The notes: generated from the sequence alone by a model not told the origin. A DNA stretch of 64,000 nt from Laetmonice hystrix (GCA_965235115.1 OZ249451.1:9982001-10046000), one strand, 5' to 3'. Shown: positions 23,555 through 36,866, counted from the first letter of the stretch. Made by a program: numbers and translations.

Positions 23555-25801
23555 TTAAAGTCAGTGTTTCAATCGTGAACAGGGTGACATGTGGTATTTT
23601 CTTACGCAATGGTATATTTAATTGTGTCTCTCGTGTGTATCCATGCATTGGTTCTACGTCATGGCCACTGAGGGCCTCTTGAAAACAATTCAGGAGTGCG
23701 TTTGGCATGGCGTTAAGTCAGACTTAAAACATGTTTAGTTTGACTGCAGATTTTAACACACAACACTGACAAAGATCGTGAAACACAACCCTTGGCCGAC
23801 TTCGACCAGGCCGACACATTATTGGGAAGAGATTGTAAAGTTGTTGCAGCGCATTCAAACTATATGTTGGAGACTCAATGCTGCATTCGACGTGTGCAGA
23901 ATTCTATGCCACCAAAATTCCGAAAAAAGAGGAAGCAGAACTCTTGGCAGCAAACATAACCGTTGACAATTCCGCCAATCGGACATGCGGGCTGGTTAGG
24001 CAGGACACGAGCAGCGGGTATTTTTAGAGAGGCTTTAGAATCGCATGCACCAGTTGAACTTTAATAGCATTTGATCTATTGTAAACCTTAGCAGCATAAC
24101 AAACGACCTTGGTGAGCTACTTCTGTGTTGAGCCCTGCTGTGAGTGACTTATTGATTGCTATTGGTAAAATTATTTCTACCCTGGGAGCAATGTTTTACT
24201 CTTTCTACGCCCAGGATCAAAGTGGCCTTGACACTCAAGGAATGACCTACTTTTGCATTTGCATATGAGTCCAGGTCGCGGAAATTCTCTATTGATGCTT
24301 GGATTTAATAACTTCCATCCATTTTTCAAATTGGAAAAAAAGAAAAGGATGAAAAAAGGAGATGTAGGCCTACTGTAGTATATGAAGGACCTATAAGACA
24401 GTTACCTCATTGTATTTTTTACCCGCACTCCAAAACCTGTCCCCGTAATAGTGGGACCCTCATAGGGAGATACGTTAGAATCCTGCAGAAAATGCCTGTT
24501 CACATATACTACTATCACTGCAGCTGCTGTGTCCCACTCCCACTCGGGGCCGAGTTACAGTCAGCGGTGCCCTATTCTTTCCCATATAATCGCTGGCTGC
24601 TGTCTCATTTCTCCAAACACTAGAGTACAAGTGATTTGTTTGAATATTCTTCAGTATTTTGTCCTCTGGCGGTACCTGATACTCTTTCGTATAAATAATC
24701 TAGTTTGCTGTTATTATTTAGAGTTAGGGTTAGACTGGACTGAACTTCTAGATTCCATCTAGTCTGGGGCAGGAGATGGTGACATTACTTATTGAACCGT
24801 CTACCTGTCTCCGGTACCATGAAGCATATCCCTGTCCACCAGACAACCCCACGATTTAACCTTCCCATGGGAAACTCTGCTTAGATTGATAATAGGGAAA
24901 ACCATGCGGAAGCACATTTTTTAAGAGAGCATTGTTTATTCGGTGATATATGAATGATACCGAACGGAGAATCCATGAATAGTTTATCTTCAGTGGTGAC
25001 GTACGATACGGGCCAGTAATACATAGTGTCGATTATATATGAGGGATGCGTTGGTAGTAACGTTAACATACCTTGTATAAGTGATGCGTAGTTATGTTGC
25101 TGAAAGGCTGCATCAGCTTTCGTACATTGTCCTGTCAGAATATAACTCGATATTAATATCAGACATTGTGTAACAAAACCAAAGAATGAAGACGTATAGG
25201 GTCGTTTTATTGTGGTTCGTTATATGGTATCACATACAGGCATGGTGACTCGAAACTCAAGTACGAATGGCTTGCTTTTGTGTTCTTCCAAGTGTATTAA
25301 GCAATGGACATGACATTAAAAAACTGAGTATTGTCCAATAAGTACCGCAGGGGACCGATTCTTGAGGAGGATATTATTAACTGCATGTCAATGATACAAT
25401 AGGATCCATTTAGTATGGAAGACAGGTCTTTCAAACGAAGTAATAGCCTGCTCCAAAATTATCATTTCCATAGACTACTAGAGTTGTTAACTCGCTGCTC
25501 GTCTCGGGGATTTAATCGAAGTGCTGTTACACGGCAGACTAAATTGACTTTTAGGATTTTGCTTTATTTTTGTGTTCAATATAAACCAAAGTTACAGTCC
25601 AGGGCAAAAAATGATCATATCTATGATAAATTCCACCTAATGTGTCTTGGCTGTTGAAATAAGATTTTTTTTCTTAAGTATAAACATAAAGTTAACTTCA
25701 CGATTTTTAGGGACAATGGGGAAGTATACGTGCCCCTCTCGACTCTGCTCTGCCTCCAAGAGTCTTTGGGCTGCGTACAACCCTGCTATTTAACAGACGT
25801 A

Positions 25802-27027
25802 GGTCACTGTAGTAGTCAGTGGTCTGGCCAGTGGTCAGTGTAGTAGTCAGTGGTCTGGCCAGTGGTCAGTGTAGTAGTCCCTGGTCTGGCCAGTGGTCAG
25901 TGTAGTAGTCAGTGGTCAGGCCAGTGGTCTGTAGTAGCCAGTGGTCTGGCCAGTGGTCAGTGTAGTAGTCAGTGGTCTGGCCAGTGGTCTGTAGTAGCCA
26001 GTGGTCTGGCCAGTGGTCAGTGTAGTAGTCAGTGGTCTGGCCAGTGGTCAGTGTAGTAGTCAGTGGTCAGGCCAGTGGTCTGTAGTAGCCAGTGGTCTGG
26101 CCAGTGGTCAGTGTAGTAGTCAGGGTCTGGCCAGTGGTCTGTAGTAGCCAGTGGTCTGGCCAGTGGTCAGTGTAGTAGTCAGTGGTATGGCCAGTGGTCA
26201 GTGTAGTAGTCAGTGGTCTGGCCAGTGGCCAGTGTAGTAGTCAGTGGTCTGGCCAGTGGTCAGTGTAGTAGTCAGTGGTCTGGCCAGTGGTCAGTGTTAG
26301 TAGCCAGTGGTCTGGTCATTGGTCAGTGTAGTAGTCAGTGGTCTGGCCATTGGTCAGTGTAGTAGTCAGTGGTCTGGCCAGTGGTCAGTGTAGTAGTCAG
26401 TGGTCAGGCCAGTGGTCTGTAGTAGTCAGTGGTCAGGCCAGTGGTCAGTGTAGTAGTCAGGGTCTGGCCAGTGGTCAGTGTAGTAGTCAGTGGTCTGGCC
26501 AGTGGTCAGTGTAGTAGTCAGGGTCTGGCCAGTGGTCAGTAGTAGTCAGTGGTCTGGCCATTGGTCAGTGTAGTAGTCAGTGGTCTGGCCATTGGTCAGT
26601 GTAGTAGTCAGTGGTCTGGCCAGTGGTCAGTAGTAGCCAGTGGTCTGGTCATTGGTCAGTGTAGTAGTCAGTGGTCTGGCCATTGGTCAGTGTAGTAGTC
26701 AGTGGTCAGGCCAGTGGTCTGTAGTAGTCAGTGGTCTGGCCATTGGTCAGTGTAGTAGTCAGTGGTCTGGCCAGTGGTCAGTGTAGTAGCCAGTGGTCTG
26801 GCCAGTGGTCACTGTAGTAGTCAGTTGTCTGGCCATTGGTCAGTGTAGTAGCCAGTGGTCTGGCCAGTGGTCAATGTAGTAGTCAGTGGTCTGGCCAGTG
26901 GTCAGTGTAGTAGTCAGTGGTCTGGCCAGTGGTCAGTGTAGTAGTCAGGGTCTGGCCAGTGGTCAGTAGTAGTCAGTGGTCTGGCCAGTGGTCTGTAGTA
27001 GTCAGTGGTCTGGCCAGTGGTCTGTAG
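25802..27027 (+). repeat. 31-bp minisatellite, about 40 units
   Basis: Consensus CAGTGGTCTGGCCAGTGGTCAGTGTAGTAGT with shorter (28-30 bp) variants over about 1.2 kb. Confidence 0.98.
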
Positions 27028-27299
27028 CTGGTCTATGGACCCTGGCCGCTAGGTACCCTGGTTGTTGGTTATTACGTCCAGGAACTGCGAGGCCAGTATA
27101 GCGTGCGCCTACAGGAGTCTATTTGTGCCCAGGTTCCGTAAATGTTCTTCGCTTCACCAGTCAGCATGGGCCATCGGGGCGGGGTGGAGTGACATTGCCA
27201 GGAGCAAGGGCCCAGGGAGGATTCAATCAACCGGCCGCTCGCATTCATTGGCTGGATTGACCCGACGGGGTATTGAGTGTACCCTGACGTGATCCGTCA

Positions 27300-27490
27300 G
27301 GGGAATCGGAACACCCCCGTGTCGCAATGGGAAGGGGGCGCGGGACGGGGTGGGGGTATTTGGAGGGATGGGGGCGCAAACGCTGCTTGTACAGCCGATC
27401 AATATTGGCCCCCCAACACTTCCCAAAGCACGTAATGGGAGAAATATCCCGCAGTAAATAAGCCTTGGATTGATTCGTGAGTGGGTAGAT
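27300..27490 (-). mobile_element. Possible decayed I/Ingi-like LINE fragment
   Basis: Minus-strand FGKCWGANIDRLYK resembles the GxxWGAN...LY motif. Similar weak fragments near 39640-39700 (-) and 58810-58870 (+). Confidence 0.3.
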
Positions 27491-27648
27491 CAACTCATTT
27501 CGACGCCTTCGCTATTCCCTCATGGTATCCACAGTAACCCATACCCCCACCCGGGGGTGTTGGTTATAGGCAACCTCCTGAGTAATGAGGGACGGCGAAT
27601 ATAGAGAACTGTCTGTTATGACATGGCTGTCTGATCAGTCCATTAAGG

Positions 27649-27699
27649 TGTGTGATTGTGACGATTGTGTGATTGTGACGATTGTGTGATTGTGACGAT
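27649..27699 (+). repeat. 17-bp tandem repeat x3
   Basis: TGTGTGATTGTGACGAT, three perfect copies. Confidence 0.95.
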
Positions 27700-30600
27700 C
27701 TGCTTCTGACGTATCTTTGCATGTGACGCATCCATTATATTACACTCAAAGCAGGGTTTGAGTTATGTACCAATATTGTGAGAAGTTCAAGGTTGTCGCC
27801 CATGTCGCACATCAACAGATAACAACATTTGATCATGCAATCATATCAAATAAAAGATAAAATGTTAATTGGATAGCTGGAATTATGTTTTCAATTTTAT
27901 ATCCCATTCCTTTCGCTATATTGTAAGCAAAATTAATAAAATAGAACTAAGAAAGAGGAACAGTTGTTGTCATGCGGGGTCTAGAAGTGCGAAAAGTTGC
28001 TGTTCAGATTTCCACCTACTCGCATGAAACGGTCATGAGCAATAAGAAACAAATTATATTAAGAGTTGCTGTGCTGTTGTGGCAACGGTCCATCAATTCA
28101 TGTTGCCACACTGCTCGGGAGGTCAACCACATTGTTTATTTGTTAGGTAACCCTGTCTCTTCACAACAACACTTTTAACAGTCTGACACGGGGAAAAGAA
28201 TGAAGCGACCACAGAACGAAAATAATTCCTGAAATGTCCTTAATGGTCCAGGTTTCTTTTTGTAATGGAGTGAGGGTGAGTTTTGTAATGTGTGGGGTGA
28301 GAGGCGGTCCGAGGGGAGAGGTCGTGAATTGTTTCCATTTGCATCTCATGCAAATTTATGTGTGTGGTGGTGCTGTTTCAGCCGAATTAATTTTCCAAAA
28401 GTCGGTTCCAGGTCGGAGTGACTTTACCAGTCCCTAACCGAACCCTCCCACATGACGTGCCCATGATCCTACCTTTGATACTGGTGGCAATACAAGGCAG
28501 AACTGAAAATGCCAAAAAAAAACTTAAAGTATAGGTTTGTACGAAAGGTTCATCTCAAATTGCTACAGTAGTGGAGTGGGGGGGGGGGGGTAATTACCCC
28601 TGGGGCCCGGGCCCACCAGCGACCCAGACAAAGGCCCGGATTTTGTTTTATTTATATCTTTTTATATCTACAGTAGTTCAGTTTTATGGAACCGTAATTA
28701 TCCCTGCGGTGGCATATATTGTATGAAGCAGGGACTCCCAGGCTACAAGGTGGCTCACGTTTTAGATATTACAAAAGGATTGGACGGTGTCCGGCTCTAT
28801 AAGTTTTGCCCCATGACCCGTCCTGTCTCTCTCGGCGGCTCTGGATGCATCCTTGTCGATCTGAAACTGGTGAGGTAGCAGTGTTCAAGCCTGGTATTGA
28901 GAGGGGTTAACATAATTGGGTTCATGTAACTGTTAGTCAAAAAGTGAACTTGTTTCACATGGAGAATATTAAATGTCCAGTTCCAAAGGCTACAGGCTGC
29001 AGAAAGAATGTGAGGAATTTGTAACAACCCCACATTGCGGAAGAAGGGTTAGGGTAATTCAATTACAGGTCCGGGTGTTTTCTGAGATATGTGTATCAGT
29101 CAAATATTAACCAAGTATCTCTGATATGGTGCGCGGTTGACCCAGAAAACACCACACTGTGCCATGGATATGTCTTTATTCGATTAGGTACACATGATTA
29201 TTGCGGAGATTGAATGTTTATGCTGCGCGCTGACGAGGAAATAACCAACGGATGGCCTGCGCGTTCTGCTAATGGCATTTTCATGTCCCCATGTCTTACA
29301 GTCAAATCTTTGATTCCTTGCGGAACTTCACAGGAGAGTTGCCGTAATTGATTCTGGCTTTTTCTTCCTTTCTAGTTCTCCATGTTTCCCTCTGGCTCTG
29401 TCTTCCATGAGTCGGCTTATTTCTGATGTTGACGTTTCTGCTCAAAGTCCATAATAAATTCTGAGACCCAAATCCTGTTGCCTGACCTTACTGATAAGTT
29501 CTGTCAGGACACTATGATAGAATATCAATATATCCTCTACATTTCTGATATATTGCTATGGATAGCCGATACGTGGTTTCCCCACCACACCCACCCCTTC
29601 CCAAGTCAATTACGGCAAGGTGTAGTATTGGGAGGATGCGGGTTTATTAATACGTCGGGTGAATGCCAAGGCTGTCGTCCAGGTGGGCTGACTGGCTACG
29701 TTTGTTATCAGTCATCCAGGTCACGACACTGACCTATATAATACAGATGAGGGACCTTTGTCGGGTTGTGCTGAAGCAGGAGGCTGGGCTGTTGCCACAG
29801 TTACCGGCCCAAAACCTAGTTTTGGGTCTGAACGCCTACCTTGGCCTTAGCACAGGCCTGTAATCTAACCCCAAACGTCTTCCACCCCACCCCCTCCCTT
29901 ACTCGCCCCCTTGCCGTGATTATGGGCACCCCTTGCCCTGCACCCCGTGCTAAAATCAATAGGTTCTACTTCCATAAAGATCCCTTTGCCGCAGTCAAAC
30001 ACTGTTGTAAGCGGCAAGATTGGCAAAAGAAATCAACCACCGGAAATGCATTGGAAGCTCACAACGAGTTTCCGTCAAACAAGCGAGGGCCCAACTTCTT
30101 CACGGCAGCTGGATTTAGTCTCCGGAAGGAAGTAGTCAGGGCCTGGGGCCGAGAGGACTCGCCATTGGGTAATAAAGTAGCCAGGGCTGAAGGGAAGATT
30201 CTTTTCCCATTGGTTAATTGGTTAAAGAGTGCAATTATTTCCAGTGGCGGAATGTGGCCACTGACCGATGACCTTTCGGTGATGGGATTTTACCCTTAAG
30301 GTGGCCCACACACTTCGAATTTTATGACCCTAATCAATTCGAGGGATGTAAAAGTCAAAATACCTGGTAAAATAGCAGTTGCTGGCAGCGCCAGGCCCTT
30401 TGTCAATGGACCCATATCCGCGTTATCAACTACGATAAGCTTTGGAGGAAATTAACCAAAATATCACTATCAGTGCTGGGCATTGTTTAAAAGATGTAGT
30501 TATCAGGAAATAGCAGCTTATATCAGATGCATTTACAGTTCTTCTCAAATCCATGTATTGTTGATGTAGTGTCCGTTACTAAAGAGTTTGACATTTGGCA

Positions 30601-31146
30601 TTAAACTGTTCCGGACTGTCGTATTTAGCAAGCAGATCTGGCAAATAATGGTCACATAACGCTGTCTGCTTGATAATAATAAGATTAAGAATCACAATAT
30701 TGTTGTAACCTAAACTCCACTCCTGATACTTCTGCATTGGTCAGCAGATAGTAACATCATCATGTCCATGTTTATATTGTTCAACATAACGTGAACAAAA
30801 TACTATCGGAGAATTATGATATACGCCGAAGCTGAAGGCCATTTTGAAAGATGTGGTTGCCTGTAACTGTCTTCGCTTATTTTTCGAAAAGGATAAATTG
30901 CATCAACAGTGTCAACCGTGAGGGCAGTGATGGTTACTCTAAATAGGTTTAAAGAGGGTGATTCGGTTAACACTGATTAATCATGTTAGTCTCATCATTT
31001 ATAAAAGAGCCCAGGGTGGTACACCGGGGGTGGGGGTCCGAAATACTATGAGATCCCTGGACAAAGCTGATCGATCCGTATTAAGGTAATCTGTCCAGGC
31101 ATGGGGTATAAAATTGGTGATCACATCTGATGGTGGAATTTGGCAT

Positions 31147-31656
31147 GTTGACATCTGGCCCTGGGAGAAGAATGTTGGCATCTGGCAGAGGGAGGAGAAC
31201 ATTGGCATCTTGCAGAGGGAGGAGAATGTTGGCATCTGGCAGAGGGAGGAGAATATTGGCATCTGGCAGAGGGAGGAGAAGGTTGGCATCTGGCAGAGGG
31301 AGGAGAATATTGGCATCTGGCAGAGGGAGGAGAATGTTGGCATCTGGCAGAGGGAGGAGAATGTTGGCATATGGCGGAGGGAGGAAAATATTGGCATCTT
31401 GCAGAGGGAGGAGAATGTTGGCATCTGGCAGAGGGAGGAGAATGTTGGCATCTTGCAGAGGGAGGAGAATGTTGGCATCTGGCAGAGGGAGGAGAATGTT
31501 GGCATCTTGCAGAAGGAGGAGAATGTTGGCATCTGGCAGAGGGGGAGAATATTGGCATCTTGCAGATTGAGGATAATGTTGGCATCTGGCAGAGGGAGGG
31601 AAACATTGGCATCTGGGAGAGGGATGGAAACATTGGCATCTGGGAGAAGAAGAAAC
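31147..31656 (+). repeat. 27-bp minisatellite, 19 units
   Basis: Consensus GTTGGCATCTGGCAGAGGGAGGAGAAT; one 26-bp unit at 31525-31550. Confidence 0.98.
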
Positions 31657-32064
31657 TGTTGATTGCTTACAGAGGAGGCACAATTATCACATTTACGAAC
31701 AATATCAATCACAGCGAACGTCACCAATCTTTCCTTTGATAGAATCCATGCATATTTCCGCGCCTTTATTTAGTCTCAACGTCTTCTCTCAACCAAAAGC
31801 GCAACAAGACAGTGTTGGACACAGGACTGGGGTAAAACGTTTTGAATGTATCCTTTTTACACAGACTAATAATGCCCCCTAATTTGTATAAATATATTGA
31901 ATACCACCAAGGTTGATCAGCGCCCTCTGGTTATTCGTTTTTGAAGAACAAATGAAAACTCCCGCTAAAACTTGTACTTGCTAAAGGTGCTTCTCTTTAG
32001 TGGGTCATGATCATAATTGGTGACAAAGAAGTGGCAGGATTGAAAGATGTGAGACTATCCCGAA

Positions 32065-32122
32065 CACGTGACTATTCAGAGCACGTGACCATCACGTGAC
32101 AGTCAAGTGATTGCCACGTGAC
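32065..32122 (+). promoter_or_regulatory. Cluster of four CACGTGAC E-boxes
   Basis: CACGTGAC at 32065, 32082, 32093 and 32115. Confidence 0.4.
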
Positions 32123-32281
32123 GGGAGATGTCCAATGTTGGCCATGGATGTTGAAGTCACCATTGAGGACGAAGAGAAGTCTGTAAATAGAAGGGTACAG
32201 AACCCCCCTCAATAGGTTACTGGAGACTTGAAACTGGGCACTGGTCAGTGACAGTTTATGATTAAAGCAGTCACCCTTCTG

Positions 32282-32451
32282 GGGTGCGTTTCTATAAAGC
32301 CCAAAAGACTCTTTGAGGCCCTCGCTGAACCCAAAGGGTCTTTGCGGCGACGTGGTCTTTCTATAACACTCTATTCTTTAACACTGGTTTCGAAAAGACT
32401 CTTTTGAAAGACTCTTTGCGCAAAGACATCTTTCCTTACAGAAACGCACCC
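32282..32451. mobile_element. PIF/Harbinger-like MITE (170 bp)
   Basis: CTG duplicated at 32279-32281 and 32452-32454. TIR GGGTGCGTTTCT / AGAAACGCACCC. Three internal AAAGACTCTTT repeats. Confidence 0.85.
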
Positions 32452-32701
32452 CTGAGGTGGACTTCAAAGGACCGGCGAGAGAGTTGGTCCTTGTGGAACT
32501 ATCGGTTCATCATTAAAAGGTTCAGCTGTAAACGTTGTAGCCTTGAACTGGAATGGAAGTTTGTCAGCCTAATATTCCGATTCTGTCGTAAAATTTTGAC
32601 AAACTGCTAGCCATCCTATTCCTATCATCACACCTGCAAAGGCTCCACGAGTGACATCAATCTTGTTTTGCTCTCGGTGTGGGTTTCTTGAGGTATATCG
32701 C

Positions 32702-32880
32702 CCATGATAACTTAAACCCCACGAAATTTGGTGGAAAGTAAAGATCCATGGCCCTGACCTTATCCCTAACCCCCAATCAGTCCCTACACCTCCCAAAAAG
32801 ATATCCCTATCCTATCCCTATCACTATCCTTGACCTTAACCCTAACCCGTGCCCAAACATTTCGTGGAAAGTTATCATGG
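32702..32880. mobile_element. Foldback element with CCCTAA-like core
   Basis: Arms CCATGATAACTT...CCACGAAAT and ATTTCGTGGAAAGTTATCATGG enclose ccctgaccttatccctaaccc...ccctatcctatccctat...ccttaaccctaaccc. Confidence 0.7.
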
Positions 32881-34052
32881 AGGAAGAACCTTTCTTGATG
32901 CGATCTTTTGATGACTGGCCAAGCCCTTATAAATCCGTCACGTTCCCAGGTTAACACAGAAATCACGTTCTCTAGAGATCGTGGACAGTTAAAGTCTCTG
33001 AAACGTCTCGTGAGCAATTGTCCTCCAGAGTTCAAAGCCGATTCACATCAAAGAAGCCATCAAACGTACGTTATGGCTTCCTGTGTTGGCTGGTAATTTC
33101 GTAATGTGGCCTTTATATGGCCCTCCTCGTGTCTCGTATGATGGGACCCCAGTTGACGCCCTAGAGATCACGTTTCGTTGCTAAGAGTGGCGGACCACCA
33201 TTTTAACGACCACCGTTAGCAATGGAATTTAATCTTGCTTCTTCTGGTCCTCATACGACTATTCTTTTTTCACGTGACCGCAAAAATCACACCAAGTTTG
33301 AAGTGAAAAGAGGATTTCTGAATGCAAAGTATGGAGGTTATCAACGATTCCCTATCCTCGACCAGTAGAAATAAACGCAATGAGACGTTCAATCTATGCA
33401 ATTCATCTAGAGGAATAACCGTCTCGGCTCGAAGAGGGAATCTTTCTGCAAGAGGAATCGACATGGGGCCAGTGGGGGCCAGCTTTCCTTCTATACGCCA
33501 CTTTTCCATCGGATATCAAATTTCTCCAGGAGTCCCTCCAGGGGTAGGCTCTATCAGTCTGCAGAACCTCAGGATGCCTGCAACCTGCAGCAAACAAAGG
33601 TTTAAGCGTAAGAGAGTCTTAGCGTTGCTACGTTTTCCTCTTTGAAACACTTGACGTTGACAACGCAGAATAACAGAGCGCTAAAAAAAACACGTAAGGA
33701 AAGCGCCGCTAGGGCCGACCGGAGGTGTAGTATGCATAGTTACCTTAGTTACAAGTAAATTGCTGCACAGTGTTTTGAAATGCTTGTCTGTGTGATCCGT
33801 CATTGTGGGCAAAAGGTGATGAAACGTTGAATTCCCTGAGGTGAGTTCTCGGGTGCTGAAGGTTTCTTTGATGGTGAAGATAATGTTATGGCGAGGAATT
33901 TCTATGTTGATATTTGATCAACATCTACTCTGCTCTCAGGCCCTAGCTGAATCGACCGGTAATGGTTATATTTGGCGAGAAAATGACATGCAGTAATTCA
34001 CTAATGCTGCCTTTGCGTCCATCGTGTCTTGAAGAGGATATATCATCATTAA

Positions 34053-34402
34053 AGGGAATAGAAAAGTTCCTCACTAACGTACCTTTGAACACCATACAGT
34101 AACACCATATAAAGTGTCTAAGGTCACACCGATAAGTGGAACACTGTCAACGGCGACTTTTTAAAAATACCGCCCAGGTCATTCGCTATTTCCCACGCGA
34201 GACAGCGGGAGCTATATCTATTAATAGATTGAGATAAGGGCCAAATAGGGTAAACAAACGGACGAAGCCAGCTGGAGAATGTCTCTACATTTCGGTTGAT
34301 TATTCCTTTATTAAAGATCAGATAATCACAGAATTGTAGGTAAGAACAAGCTTGTTCATGCTGAACACCCTTATATTGATAGTTTGAACTTTTCTATTCC
34401 CT
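34053..34402 (+). mobile_element. TTAA-flanked MITE, Kolobok-like family B, copy 1 (350 bp)
   Basis: TTAA at 34049-34052 and 34403-34406. 17-bp TIR AGGGAATAGAAAAGTTC / GAACTTTTCTATTCCCT. Inverted copy at 50381. Confidence 0.95.
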
Positions 34403-36866
34403 TTAATATAAATGTGAATCAGTTATCGTCTTACGTCTTGGGACTGGAGCCCAAGTTCACAGAGTTTTATTGTACTATTCCTCACCTACGGGACCCATTC
34501 ATTTTGTTAAACCGTTCAATGTTAAAATATTAAAACGTCAAAGCACTTTGGTAATACTCCTCGAACTACCTCGATCATTTATTGATATTTGATTGCATAT
34601 ACCAACATTTTTAAAACGATGAAATTCTAATAAAGTGATGACTTCAATGAAGGAGTCAGTGCAGGTACTGGCAAGGGTTGGGCGTATTTAGCCTCCAGCC
34701 CTGACGGGGACGGACCGGGGGTGATGTAGGTCAGAAAGTACACCGCACAACACGTCATTGCATGTGGCAGGACTAACTTGTCGTGTGTCCAGTAATTGGT
34801 CTAAAGTGATGCTCTAAGTGATGGTCACCCCCAAGGAGACCGTAAGGTCATGGCAGCATGGGGGATACGGTCATCACCATAGCAACACGTCACAGACACC
34901 TGATGACGAATTGTCATGTGTAGAGGGATGGCACTTTACCTGGACGTGAAGCATTAACAAGTCTGTGGTAAGTGTGCCCAACCCCCTTCTCCCCCCAACT
35001 CTATACGGTTGTAAAATCTAAAAGGATAATCTAGTCAAGATTGTTAGCCAGGATGGACGTTTTGGCCATAAACAACGCATGCGGCAGATTGCTGCTCTCA
35101 ACTGTGTCCTGGGTGACGCCAGTCACCTACCGCCCGACCTGACAACTATCCTTGCTGCCCCTAGGCCTGTAACTAACCAAAGATCCCTCGAAATAGTTTA
35201 AGTTTTGTAATATAACTATCTCTATCTTTATCCCTAACTCGGTGCCATTTTGAAAAATTGGAGCGAAAAGAAAAACAACAAACAAATAACAGACCAAGTC
35301 AAGCTTCGAACCCCTTCAGATTATGGTCGGGAGACGGCTGAATATGGATACAAAAAGTGCCATGAGATAGTCAACTGTGACACTAGGATTCACAAATAGT
35401 GTTTAACAGATGACGACTGATGTTCCCCTAAACATACACATTGTACTAAACTCCAACAAGGTGTATCTCAATATTATGTTTCCGTATGATTGCATGTAGG
35501 ACGTTAAACATCAAGTCAATGAAAGTGGCCGGAGATGAGATCATAATGATTGGTTTGTTTTAGCGTCTCTGTTGTCAAGGTTTCTATTACCAACGTGCAG
35601 TGACAGAAGATTGGTTGATTGGCTGGCGAGGTCAATCACCAATCGGCCGGTGTGTGATCCCTAATTAGCGCCATTCATTATTTAACGACTCAGCTTGTTG
35701 CGATGTCAGATCCCACTTCTCAGCACAAATCTGGGGATCTGTTGTATCAGTGCTGCCAAGCTAACACACCAATGACACTCCACTGACATGTCTAACCGCA
35801 ACCCGCCCAGACATTTTGCTCGGGGGGGGGGGGGGGGAGGGGCAGAGGGGTCGCAGGGAGGTCCACGTTTTAACAGGATTTAAAAGATAATAGTCACGAT
35901 TTACAGAAAATGGGCAGGATTTACAAATTATGGATATGTTTTACACATTATGGGACCAATGTTGGCAGGTGTTCCTTGCATTCTCACCGAGTGATTGAAT
36001 CTCCCGGCCTAGTTCCTACAACAACCCAACCTCAGACTTCATGTATTGATAGCACCTCCATCCCCCAGCCATTTGTAAGAATTATCATCAAAGAACTGGA
36101 TCAGCTGGAGTAATCCTTTACTGGACCACATCATCACAAACATCTTTGTGTAGAGAGGCCGCCCGGTCTCCTGTGGTAATATTTCATCGCCTCTTTTCAA
36201 ACCGGCGGTTACATCTGAACGCACCAGTTGGAACCTACATCCGGCAGCAATTCATTGCAGCAACATCTGCCGTATTTTCGAAAGTGTATTCCTCTGATGA
36301 AATATTCCGTGCATGTTCTATCTGTAGTCGTGAATAGATTCGTGCTGGGTGGGTACTGTGGGATATGCAAAGTATTGAATATATTGGGTGAATGCTGAGA
36401 TTTTATGACTGGTAAAAATGACGTGGCGAGCTGCCTGATACTTATTAAATTAACCCGTTTGCTCGGAGACGAATGATTTATTTTCCATCCACCACCTGGT
36501 GGCATTATCTGAATTCGGTTCATACGCTTGGAATCATGAGTGTCCTTGGATATTGACATACATACGTAGACGATCTTGCAGATGTGGTGGTGACGGCGGG
36601 GGGACATTTGATGAGGCATTCCAACCCAGATCTTCTGTGATTGACAGGTCTGGGAGGATGTTAACACTAAAGTCACATCTACAAGTGATCAATCAGTCAC
36701 TTGGTATAGGAGTATTCACGTAGTTGAGCCTAGGCTATACGGAGTGGTCCTGTAATATATACCACGTTAACATGTATAGAATGGTAAAAAAACGCGATTC
36801 AGAAAGCCTTCCTAATCCAAATTTCTCTCACAAGTTGGTTGCAGTGAATAATGCAAACTATTTCTA

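Noticed and set aside
29400-30299. 152-aa plus-strand ORF at 29841-30299
   Set aside because: No domain recognised. The minus strand has a weak LINE endonuclease resemblance (ACLTET), too degraded to call.
30999-31739. 122-242 aa ORFs as protein genes
   Set aside because: Explained by the stop-free 27-bp unit; all frames are open and a 1-nt deletion shifts them.
33771-33846. Strong GAG|GTGAGT donor
   Set aside because: The upstream candidate exon has stops in all three frames; it could only be untranslated and has no other support.
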